Source of the DNA: Glaucostegus cemiculus
Taxonomy: Eukaryota
Length of the DNA stretch: 64,000 bases
Reading direction: 5' to 3'
Assembly (NCBI GenBank): GCA_976551045.1
Contig: CDPCPM010000979.1
Location: 992,001-1,056,000 of the forward strand
The notes under the pieces are model-generated. The model was given only the letters and a program-made list of their open reading frames with translations, had not been told where the DNA came from and did not search any database. Below, one piece after another: positions 12,372 through 23,245 of this stretch. A program made the position numbers and the translations under genes. Every line of letters starts with the position of its first letter. Position 1 is the first letter of the stretch.

Positions 12372-13899
12372 CACGCATTAATGGCACAAATAGAAATGAA
12401 TGAGCACAATCAAACAGCCATTACAGAGATAAGGTAGCAAAGACTACATTTGGGAATTAAATATTACGGAAGGATTAGGCACAATACAAAAGGTGAAACT
12501 CTGATGCTAAAAAAGGAATAAAGGGGATTGAGAGAAAGGATCACAGCTCGGAAAATCAAGAACAAGAATCAGTTTGGGCAGAGCTAAGCAAGGGCAGGGA
12601 GCAGAAAACACTTGTGGGAGTGGCAGTAATGGTATAAATCAGGAAGTTAAAAGTATATGTAACAAGGTTAATGAAATAATTGTGAAGAACTTCAATTTAA
12701 CTATAGATTGGGCAAACAAAATTACTGGTAATAGTGTACAGGACAAATTCATGGTGTATATAAGTAGTGGTTTACCAGATCAATGTACTGAGGAACCAAC
12801 AAGAGGTCAGGCTATTTTACATCTGGTATTATGCAATGAAAAAGGATTAATTAATAATTTAGTGGTTAAAAAGACTTTAGATGAAGAGTGATTGTAATAT
12901 AACGGAGTCTTATATAATGATTGAAAATGATTTAGTTCAATTTAAAACCAAAGTCTTAAATCAAAACATAGGAAGGTATGATATGTGAATTAGCTGTGGT
13001 AGATGGGAAAACCACATTAAAAGGATGAAGTAAGCAAGCAATGGCGAACATCTAAAGAATCAATGCATAGGTTACACGTAATAAATATCCTTCTCAGCCA
13101 TAAAAACCCAACAGGAAATATGGTCCATCTGTGGCTGGTAACAGAAGTTAATGATGATATTTGATGAAAGGTAAAGGTTTATAACATTACCAAAATGAGC
13201 AATAAGCTGGCAAAATGTCAAAATTCAGCAAGAAATGGTCAAGTTATTAATATGGAAAAGGACTAATCTAAATAAATCGTAATTGTTCCTATCTTATGTT
13301 TAAAAGAAAAGATTAGTAATACTGAAGATGGGTATCTTACAGTATGAGACAGGAGAAATTATATTAGAGAATAACAACATGTTAGAGAAACTGAATCTAT
13401 TTTGAGTCTATCTATATGAAAGGATTCATCAAAAACTTTCAAGAAACAGTGGAGAACAACAGGTCTGGAGGAATGAGAAGCTGAAAAGAAAAACATTATT
13501 TATAGCATGATATTGGAGAAACTAAAAAGACTGGGAAAAAAATCTCCAGGACGTGATCACCTGCAACCCAAAGCATTGTAAACGGAAGCATTGGCAATAG
13601 TGGATCCGTCTGTTGTCATATTCCAAAATTCCATTGACTGATCCCCACAGATCCGAAGGCAGCAAGTACAACCCACTACTTAAAAACGAGGGAAGAGAGA
13701 AAGAAAATGGAACCACAGAGTAGTTAGCCTAACATCAGGTGTAGGGAAGATGTCCTATTCAGGAACTGGTACAAGGCACCAGAGAAACGGATAGAAAAGG
13801 GCAAAGGTCAACATCGATTTATAAAAGGAAAATCACGTTTGAGAAATCTGTTGAGATTTTTTTGAGGTTATAACCAGCAGAATAAATAAAGGAAAATGA

Positions 13900-13996
13900 A
13901 AACCACGATGATATGGAAGAACCCAGCAGGCCAGGCAGCATCTGTGGAGAAAAGCAAGCGATCAACATTTCAGGTCAGGACCCTTCTTCAGAACTG
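13900..13996 (-). repeat. Penelope-like terminal-repeat fragment with the best-preserved hammerhead-like motif
   Basis: Minus strand of 13961-13995: CAGTT CTGAAGA A GGGT CCTG ACCT GAAA TGTT GAT, followed by the shared ccacagatgctgcctggcctgctg segment. Confidence 0.6.
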
Positions 13997-14324
13997 CTTG
14001 AGGAGAAGCAGTGGCCGTAGGCTTTGATAAAGTGTCACACTAAAGGTTATTGTGCACAGAACATCAGGCAATTATAGAGCACATACATAACTGAAGGTTA
14101 ACATGCAGGTAAAGCAAACAATTCTGAAGGCAAATGATATGTCCGCCTTTATTGCAAGAGGATTTGAGCATAAGAGTAAGGGTATCTTGCTGCAATTACA
14201 TGGGGCCTCCGTGAAACTGCACTTGGAATACCTAGGGAAGACCATTTTGTCAGCAGAGGAGAGCATCAAAGCTTCACCAAAGTGATTCGTGGGATGAGAG
14301 GTTGTACAAGGAGAGTAGGTTAAG

Positions 14325-14628
14325 TGGTACTGGTACTGGCTTATTACTGTCACTTGTACCGAGGCACAGTGAAAAACTTGCCTTACATACCATTCGCACA
14401 AATAAATTCATTAAGTGCATTGAGGTAGTACAGGGTAAAAACAATAACAGAATACAGAGTAAAGTGTCACGACTAGAGGGGAGTGCATTGCAGGTGGACA
14501 CCGTGGGATAGAAGCTGTCCTTGAGCCTGCTGGTACATGCCCTCAGGCTCCTATATCTTCTGCCTGATGGGAGAGGAGAGAACAGAGAATGACCCAGGTG
14601 GGTGGGGTCTTTGATTATGCTGGCTGCT
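14325..14628 (-). mobile_element. Rex1 3' fragment with a small internal 3' UTR deletion
   Basis: ORF 14274..14678 has AASIIKDPTHLGHSLFSPLPSGRRYRSLRA. Tail (GTACCA)n. About 85 bp present in the 6487 copy is missing near 14500. Confidence 0.88.
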
Positions 14629-17407
14629 GGACAGCTTCTCTTCTCTGGACTGAAAGCTGGTTGAAGAACAGAACACAAAGTAGGAAAAAATGAGTAATTT
14701 TTGAGCTGGAAGGCTGTGAGTAGTTTTGTGCTGGGACACCCAGCTGTTCATAATCTCTCTCTTAATGAGGGGATCAAGTGTAATATGTCCAGATTTGTTG
14801 ACAATTCAAAACTGGGTGGCAGTGTGGATTGTGAAGAGGGGGCAGAGAGATTTCGGGGGATATAGAGAGAGGGCAAGGACACTGAACATGGAATAATAGA
14901 CGGTTAAATGTGAGTTATCCACTTTGGTGGATAAAATAGAGGAATGGATTTTGGTCGAAGGTGAGAGGTTGAAAGATGTTAGTTTCAGAGGGATCTTGAA
15001 GTTCTTGTACTCACATCACTGTAAGTTAACATACAGGTACAGCAAGCAATTAAGAAGCAAATGTTCTGCCTGCCTTTAATGCAGGAGTGTTTAAGTACAG
15101 GAGGAAGCAGACTGAGCCTACAGTCTGGAGTTTAACAAAACAAGAGGTGTTTTCATTGAAGTATATACAATGTTTACAGGGCTTGAATCAAGTGACCCTG
15201 CTTCTACTTTTATGTTCTTTTTGTGTTCTTTTGCTGTTGGTATGATTGTGTCTTCATTTGTCAGTGTAAGAAATATCAACATGACTTGATGCGGAAATGG
15301 TAAAGGTTTAAGGGATGTTCTCAATTGAAGTTCAGTCCTTTCGTGCATTAATTCTGCTCTCAAACAGTATTTATCATGTTTTGGTGCTAAAGCAAAAGAG
15401 CAGAGAAACTATTTTAGGTAGCTGTTAGCATAAACCTTTAAATTAAGACCCACAAATGGTTATATCCTCAATGTCCATGATATTAATAAAGATGCATAAT
15501 ACATCCAAATGAACAGCATTTAAACCCAAGTAAATTTATCAGTCATAAGCATTTGGTCTAGTAATGGGAGAGTTCTACTGCTGCCTTGTGCTCCTTGCTA
15601 GCGTAACACATGCTGAAATGAAATCATGATATCCGATCTGCTTGTTCAGATTGCATGTATTGCCATCTCTATTTATAAAACATTGAATCCCCTTTATCAG
15701 TCCTGACATAACACCAGAAACATGAAACCGCCTGGAACATGGGTAAGAAGGGAAGGCACGTGCTCAGTCTTGAATGATCCTTGATGATGCCAAGGGGGAG
15801 AGTCTCTAAAGAAGTCTGATCCCTCATCATTTGCCACGTTGCAGGGACAAGACCAGAGCCCAGATGGTTAAGAGCAAACGAATAGCACATCTGAGGCCTT
15901 CAGCGGAGTTGTATGTAGATTGTGCAAGACGCTGGTATGGAAAATGTAGCTGGCAACTGTGCAGCTGGAAACTGTTAACTCTGTGTAGCCTCTGGGGTTA
16001 CAATTGTGACTACAGCAATAATTACTCAACAAAAGCAGTGTTTAAAAATATTTCTCCATAAATAGCAGCTATACCTTCTAATCCGTTGTTTGGATGTCCA
16101 TAAAGGCTTTACTAGTGTAACTGTCTTTAGTTAACTGGATTTCTTTTAAATAAAATTAGGAATCTTCATTTATTCAATTTTCTGTACTGAGGGAAGTGAT
16201 ATAAAGCCAATGTAGCTCATGGGGAAATTTTACAGCACGCCTGTCTCTTCAGGGATCCAAACTGAATCCCCTCCCTTGTTCAATGGAGCATCTGTTTCCA
16301 TCAGTGTGGGCTCCAAAACTGTCCAGCTTCTAATTACATGCACATTAGCTTTCTGTAAATAGTCTGAAATCATTCAAATTCATTCCACTAAAAAGAATGC
16401 GAAGCATGTGACCAGCAAGAATTTTTCACCAGTCAGTTGAAATGAGTTTGGCAGGAGGAGAGGCAGGAGGAGAGGCATTAACGAAGGGCTGCAGTTTGCA
16501 CATTGAGCCAGGAGAAACAAACAGCACTGGAATAAAGACTGGCCCAGCCTTAGGAAGGATCGTGTCAGGGGTAGGACGAGGGGTAATGTGGGACAGATGA
16601 AGGTGGATGGCCTGGAAATTCTATCACATGACGCAACAATTATGTTCACGATGCAATATAAATGCATTGGGAAACAGTTCACAAACCATGAGCTGGGATT
16701 TACAATATGCTCCACAAAATCTGCTTTTCTCTTTTCACATCCTCATTTGATCTAATGTGCCAATGCATGGCAGCTTGGATGGGCACAGAGGTAGCTAACA
16801 ACGTACAGGACATCTGGATGCCTCGCCAGCAATTGTAATTGACACGTACGTAGCTTGCAGACAATGCTGGTCACTCATCCAGGCAAAGCCCTTCCCACAC
16901 CTGCAGCCTGTTCTGTCATTTGCCATTGTAGGTTCCAGTTGTGGAGTCCAGAAAGGGGAACTGGCTTCATGTGGACCCACTTGAAATGTTACACCGATAT
17001 TTACAGACAATCCAAGTAGAAAGGAGATGTCTTGTTTCTCTCCTCCCATCCACTTCCTCCCTTCACTCACACCCCTCACCTCCCTCTCTTCAGCTGCCCA
17101 CGTACTACAGGGCTCTTCCAGAACCAGCATGGCGGCAAAAGCATTGTTTCAGCATGCCCGTCGTCCACTCCATTGCACTTCCTTAAGCAGCCTGGCTTCC
17201 AGATGACAACACTGCCCACAGGTTGCACAGAGGGTCATGGCCCGCCCCTCCTGTTCACCAGCCACCCCTTGGCTCAAAGGCAGGTGGCAGCTGTGGCAAA
17301 ATAGTCCTTTGCCAGGATACCAGACGTGGATCTGCTTGTCTTGTTGCCTCCAGTCACATATCCACTGGATATTGAGGGAATGGGATGGTTCTGAGATGAG
17401 CTGAGCT

Positions 17408-17684
17408 GAGATAATATTTCTTTATTAATCACATGTACATCGAAACACACACTGAAATACATCTTTTTTGCGTAAAGTGTTCTGGGAGCATCCCACAAGT
17501 GTCACCGCACTTCCAGTGCCAACGTAGCACGCCCACAACTTCCTAATCCATACGTCTTTGGAACGTGGGAGGAAACCCACACAGACACGGGGAGAACGTA
17601 CAAACTTCTTACAGACAGTGGCTGGAATTGAACCTGGGTCGCTGGTGCTGTAAAGCGTTACGCTAACCGCTACACTAACCTGCC
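17408..17684 (-). mobile_element. V-SINE with Rex1-like tail
   Basis: Close match to the 12055-12371 copy. One half of the duplicated GGTTTCCTCC V-core is deleted. Confidence 0.88.
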
Positions 17685-18430
17685 TGGTATAAAGCACAGT
17701 TGACAAGCAGGGCCGTAGAAACAATGGGCACATTTTTGCTCCAGCACCAGCTCTAATGCCAGGACGTTATGGATGCTCCAGATCCTAATGCTGGTGTTGG
17801 CCCGTTAACAGTGGCACTGATCCTGCTGCCAGTGGTGTCGGCTGCTCACGTGATGCTTCAGTGGACTCCTCATGGTGCAACTGGGCAGCACAATCTTCCT
17901 CAGAAAACCCAGCTTCCAGGAGAATGTGTCCCTGAGCTTAGTGCTGGATTAAACTTGGGACAAGCACAGCACAGCAACCCCTTCAAAGGCAGCCCAGAAA
18001 CTGGCTGTCAGAGGGGTAAATAACTACAGCAGAAATGCAGGAAGAATTCAGGCTGCGAAGAGCTTTCCACAGATGCTGAGTTCCCTCGGCATCTCTGCTT
18101 GTGTCTTGGATTCCAGCATCTACAATTTTACTTGTTTTCCAAGAGAAAGTCATTTTATTACTATTATTTATTTGTTAGCTTTAATGATTTTAATTGATTT
18201 CTAGTGTGTGGAAAAAATTTTAGTTTTTAAATGAAAAAATATTGTTTCAATAAATTAAAAGAACTATATGTTTTTATTGTTACATGTGCACTGGCTGTGA
18301 ATGTTGAAGGCATTCGAAAATGTTCAGAGGATCCAGCCACACCAGTCATCAGCCTGGGGGTGCAGATTCTTTGGATGTCAAAGTGGTTCTGTAAGTTCAA
18401 CCAGCTACCTGTGCTGAGGTTCAACTATGC

Positions 18431-18609
18431 AAAGTGTTGGGAGCTAACCGCCAGGCTCCCGGTGGAAGATTGCATTGGGGGCCACACTAAAAGTGTTGGG
18501 AGCTAACCGCCAGGCTCCCGGTGGAAGATTGCATTGGGGCCACACTAAAAGTGTTGGGAGCTAACCGCCAGGCTCCCGGTGGAAGATTGCATTGGGGCCA
18601 CACTAAAAG
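18431..18609 (+). repeat. Tandem triplication of a 58-59-bp unit
   Basis: aaagtgttgggagctaaccgccaggctcccggtggaagattgcattggggccacacta x3, starting at 18431, 18490 and 18548. The copies differ only by one G. Confidence 0.95.
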
Positions 18610-19867
18610 CAAACAACATCTAACGCAGCAAATCTTTCTGAGGGATTTCTGTTCTTCGTGCTTTAACACCTTCAGAAATACGTCATCTATTGTTACCACT
18701 ACCACATGTTGCATTTTGTTCCAAAGCAGGCCATACATAGCTGGTATTACTGAGCCGAATTCTGCTGTATTAGAGCTTTCAATTAAACAGACAGGAAACT
18801 CATGATAAGTATTGGGTTCATGTTCCACATGAAACAGTACAGCGGACAGCTGGAAGAGGCAGTGAGAGGGGCAAGAAAGAGCATGAAGTGTGGCCTTGAA
18901 TACAGGGGTGTGTGATCCTTTAGCCATGGGTGAATCCACATTTGAGAAGGAAGAATCCCATAAGGAAACCAATGGGAAACTAATTTTCCAACACTTTTCT
19001 GGTAAGTTGCTCAAGAATGAGATTTGAGTTAGAGCAAGCCCCAGATGTTGGGACCCCTTTCTGCTGAGGTTATTGTGAGGAATCCTGGATGTCAAACAGT
19101 TCCATCCATAAAAGTTCAGAACAGCACCAGCTGATAGACTGTCCCCACTTGGTGCTTTCTTTCTCCTGGAATAATGATCATAGTACCTTGCCTAAGCCCT
19201 GTATTACTTACTTTAGACAGAAATGAAATGATTTCAGGCTCATTTGTCCTGCAGTGGCCTAGAAGGATTCTATAGCATTGAAACGTTTCGGGCTGAATTT
19301 GCAGCTGTAATAATGGCAAAGACATAGAATTTCATTTCAATTCTCTGTGAAACCCAAGCAACCTCTGGAGTCTGCAGACATGTAATTTACTTTGAAAGCC
19401 CACAGGATACGTTACTAAAACCCTCAAAGGTAGAAATTTTAGTAAAATTAGCCTTAAATGTTTATGCACAATTTTCATTTCTATTACAAAAGTTAAGACT
19501 TATTCTAGTCGTACCTGAATTGTAATCAGGTACTCAGCCACAACACTGCTGAAGTAAAACTGAAAAGAAAAAAGCCACAGATGTTGGCAACCTGAGGTAA
19601 AAACAGAGTGACAAAATATTCAGTATGTCAGGCAGCATCTGTGAAGAGAGAAACTGAGTGAATGTTTCAGGTTGATGACCTATAAACAAAACCAGTGAAC
19701 TACAAGTTTACTGCTGAACCACCATCCAGCTCTGAAAAACTGAGGTAAATCACATACTCACTTTCATCCCTGACTATGGCCCCAATCCATGAGCTACAAT
19801 CCTGATCACCAAACCCAGCTGGTTCCTCCTCTCTCAACCTGATTCTGATCATCAACCAGCTCCTTTG

Positions 19868-20660
19868 GCACACCTCAACGTCCCGGACCAGAGACACACC
19901 ACAGCGTCCTGGACCAGAGACGCACCTCAGTCCCCCGGACCAGAGACACACCTCAGTCCCCCGAACCAGAGACACACCTCAGTCCCCCGGACCGGAGACA
20001 CACCTCAGTCCCCCGGACCGGAGACACACCTCAGTCCCCCGGACCGGAGACACACCTCAGCGTCCCAGACCAGAGACACACCTCAGTCTCCCGGACCAGA
20101 GACACACCTCAGCGTCCCAGACCAGAGACACACCTCAGTCCCCCGGACCAGAGACACACCTCAGTCCCCCGGACCAGAGACATACCTCAGCGTCCCTGAC
20201 CAGAGACACACCTCAGCGTCCCGGACCAGAGACACACCTCAGCGTCCCGGACCAGAGACACACTTCAGTCCCCCAGACCAGAGACACACCGCACTCCCCC
20301 GAACCAGAGACACACCTCAGCGTCCCAGACCAGAGACACACCTCAGTCTCCCGGACCAGAGACACACCTCAGCGTCCCGGACCAGAGACACACCTCAGTC
20401 CCCCGGACCAGAGACACACCTCAGTCCCCCGGACCAGAGACACACCTCAGCGTCCCGGACCAGAGACACACCTCAGTCCTTCGGACCAGAGACACACCTC
20501 AGCGTCCCGGACCAGAGACACACCTCAGTCCCCCGGACCAGAGACACACCTCAGTCCCCCGGACCAGAGACACACCTCAGCGTCCCGGACCAGAGACACA
20601 CCTCAGCGTCCCGGACCAGAGACACACCTCAGCGTCCCGGACCAGAGACACACCTCTGTC
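19868..20660 (+). repeat. 26-bp minisatellite, about 30 copies
   Basis: Unit ggaccagagacacacctcag + (tccccc | cgtccc). It produces the artefactual 294-aa ORF 19865..20749 with a 26-aa period. Confidence 0.97.
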
Positions 20661-20967
20661 CCAGTCCTGAAAACCTGTTGTGGCAAATCCAATTTAATTC
20701 TGGATTTAAACTTCTGTTGTATAGAGTAATAACAGTCCCAAAATCATGAAAGTTAAGGAGTATATATGGGCCTCTGCTATTTAGATCACCCTGGTGACTC
20801 TTTTGGAATGTTTACCAAAAAGCTGGTTGATTCTAGACTACTGTCTGGCTCAGTCATAGTTACCTGTGTCAATAAAAGAGGAATGTAAATACATGAAATC
20901 CTGACAGGGGAAATCAAAATGTCAAATCACAGCATTAGGGATACTTTCCCCAGGAGTTTGTAATTGT

Positions 20968-21045
20968 TGGGAGGGGGGGTGAAGGGGTAGGGGCGGGATG
21001 GGGGCGGGGGTACGGGTAGGGTGGGGGTGGGGGCAGGGGCAGGCT
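20968..21045 (+). other. G-rich tract with G-quadruplex potential
   Basis: More than ten runs of three or more G with short loops: gggagggggggtgaaggggtaggggcgggatgggggcgggggtacgggtagggtgggggtgggggcagggg. Confidence 0.6.
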
Positions 21046-21378
21046 TGGTTGGCTGGGTGGCAGTGTTGAGTGTGGTGGGACTGGTGTTCTGGGGTTATAT
21101 TCCCCTTTAGAAAAATATATTTAATGGCTCTTTACAATTCACTTTTCCATTTCACAGGGGCTCTCAGGCCCGACAGAGAGAGTCCACGGACACAGTCCAG
21201 GCATTCAAAACATTCATTTTCACAGATACATTTTATCCCGCCAATTTATATTGGCACTCTTCTACTACCGAGTATAAACTGGGATCCTTCCTCTTCCTGC
21301 TGTAGTTTAAGTTGGAACTTAGTTTACAGTGACACTTTTCCACCCTGTAGTTAAATCTGGCACCCCCGCAACTCTTTA

Positions 21379-21720
21379 ATCACAAGATCACAAGATAATG
21401 TAGCAGAAGCAGGCCAGTCGGCCCATCAAGTCTGCTCCAAAGGGAAGGGAGGGTGGGGAAAAAGAGGATAGAGAGAAAAAAAAATCTATTCTAAGTCCAA
21501 ATCCCTGCCTTATCTCCATATCCCTTGATACCTTGACCAATTAGATATCTATCTATTTCCTTCTTGAATATTCCCAATGATCTGGCTTCCACTGCTTTCT
21601 GTGGTAAGGAGTTCCACAGGTTCACCACCCTCTGGCTAAAGAAATTCCTCCTTATCTCTGTTTTGAACTCGCTTCCTCTAATTCTAAGGTTGTGTCCTCT
21701 AGTCCTGGACTCCCCCAACG
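21379..21720 (-). mobile_element. CR1 3' end, (TCTTGTGA)n-tail subfamily
   Basis: ORF 21491..21760 has TRGHNLRI...RRNFFSQRVVNLWNSLP. Terminal tcacaagatcacaaga on +. Near-identical to 40713-40894. Confidence 0.9.
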
Positions 21721-22129
21721 TTGTCACTCTTTCTCTATGCCCTAGATGATGCTGACACAAATGTTACCCTTCCATCCAGTCAGCCCCTAATTGACAGTGG
21801 AACTCTCCCACCTCTTCCCCAAATGAACCATTCCCAGCTGAGACTCTTTCCACTTCACACTCCCTCTTCCTCTTTAATCCCCTTAAAACCCTCTACATGA
21901 TCTGTATTTCAAGCACCAGGATACTAGAACTACTGTAAGTCCAAATCCAGCAAAGACTGAATTCAGTGTAGGTAAGACGATAGCCACCTCGAAAGTACCC
22001 TGATTGGTTCAATGACAACCCAAGCTCAGTCACAAATGCTAAGTCTGACATCACCATATCCTATCAATATCTCCAAAGCCAGAACAGCGGTATTACATTT
22101 AGACCATTCACATTTTTAAATATTGGATC

Positions 22130-22680
22130 TTCCAAAGAGTAAGTAAACTCCTCTCTCCAAGCAGCTTCTCTAAGTCCACTTGTGCCAGGTCAATCTTATT
22201 TTACTGAAATTGGTCTTCCACAGTGAGGCACCTTAATCCTCAGACCATCCTTATCCTTTTCGATAACCACCTTGAAACTTAAAGTTCTGGTCACTATCAC
22301 CAAAATGTTCATCCACTGACAGTCCTGCCAATGCCCGCTCCATTCCCCAAGACCAGGTCCAGAAGCTCTCCTGGATGCCTTTAGAAACTTCCCCATCTAT
22401 GCCTCTCACACAAAGGTGATCCGAATTACTACTGAAGTTGAAATCCCCTATTACTGTGAGCCTGATATGCTTCCACCTCTCCGTGATTTGCACACGTCTC
22501 TGCTCCTCTACCTCCTGCTGTCTGGAGGCCTGTAGGGACACCCCAACAAAGTCATCGCCCTCTTTCAGTTTCTATGTTCTACCCATATGGCCTCATTTGT
22601 AGAACCTTCCAGAATATCCTCCCTCAGTACAACAGTAATAGATTCCTTAGTTCAAATTGCAATGCCTTGTTTTTCACACA
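22130..22680 (-). mobile_element. CR1 endonuclease-domain fragment
   Basis: ORF 22251..22541 contains EVEEQ...VIGDFNF...EHFGDSDQN, APE-type EN motifs of CR1. Confidence 0.7.
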
Positions 22681-23074
22681 CCCCCACCCAGGCCTGACTG
22701 GGTGTTTCTAATATTTTTTGCTTGCATTTCAGCATTCAGATTTTCAGCATCTAGTGGTTTTTTTTGGATTTTCACCTTCTTTACCCTGGAATATTGAGTG
22801 GCCAGTCATGTCCGCCTTTCACTGTTTCCTTGATAGCAGCAATTCCCATGTGCTAATCAACAATCTGAGTTCATCTGTCTCACTGGGCAGACTCTGCATT
22901 GAACAGATACAACTTGGACTTCTGTCCCACCCACCTGCCTTACCATGTCAATGTTTGCTCTGTCTATTGGACTCATTTAGTTCTCCTATATTTGACTGCA
23001 CCGCCAACCCCGCTATTATCCAGGTCCCATTCTCTTGGCAAATTAGACTAAACCATAAAAAAAAAGTCAAAAAA

Positions 23075-23245
23075 ACCCTGCAGATGCTGAAAATCTGAAA
23101 TAAAAACAGAAAATATTGGAAACACTCAGTAGGTCAGGCAGCATCTGTGAAAGGAGAAACAGAATTTACATTTCAAGTCAAAAGTCTTTCATCTGATGAA
23201 GGGTCTTCAATCTCAAATGTTAACTCTGAATCTCTTTCCACAGGT
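23075..23245. repeat. Head-to-head inverted pair of Penelope-type terminal repeats
   Basis: Imperfect palindrome centred on ttcatc-t-gatgaa (~23188-23200). Each arm carries the TGATGAAG...GAAATGT-type motif. Confidence 0.6.

Larger units (their letters stand above)
11900..15185 (+). mobile_element. Old, nearly full ORF2-length CR1 LINE interrupted by younger elements
   Basis: EN-like segment (ORF 12574..12891 ...EEPTRGQAILHLVLCNE...), RT motifs near 13800-14900 and a C-terminal FIEVYTM near 15150. It hosts a SINE (12055-12371), a Penelope-type repeat (13900-13996) and a Rex1 fragment (14325-14628). Confidence 0.7.

Noticed and set aside
16860-16925. CRCGKGF as a C2H2 zinc finger
   Set aside because: The Cys spacing is wrong, and the paired His residues and TGEKP linker are missing.
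18431-18609. CRISPR-like array
   Set aside because: The units are contiguous with no unique spacers, there are no cas genes, and the context is eukaryotic. The same applies to the other tandem arrays.
18487-19095. 202-aa minus-strand ORF as a host exon
   Set aside because: No recognisable homology, partly extended by the tandem repeat, and no convincing donor site.
19865-20749. 294-aa ORF as a protein-coding gene
   Set aside because: It is read-through of a 26-bp minisatellite with a non-ATG start and no domain.
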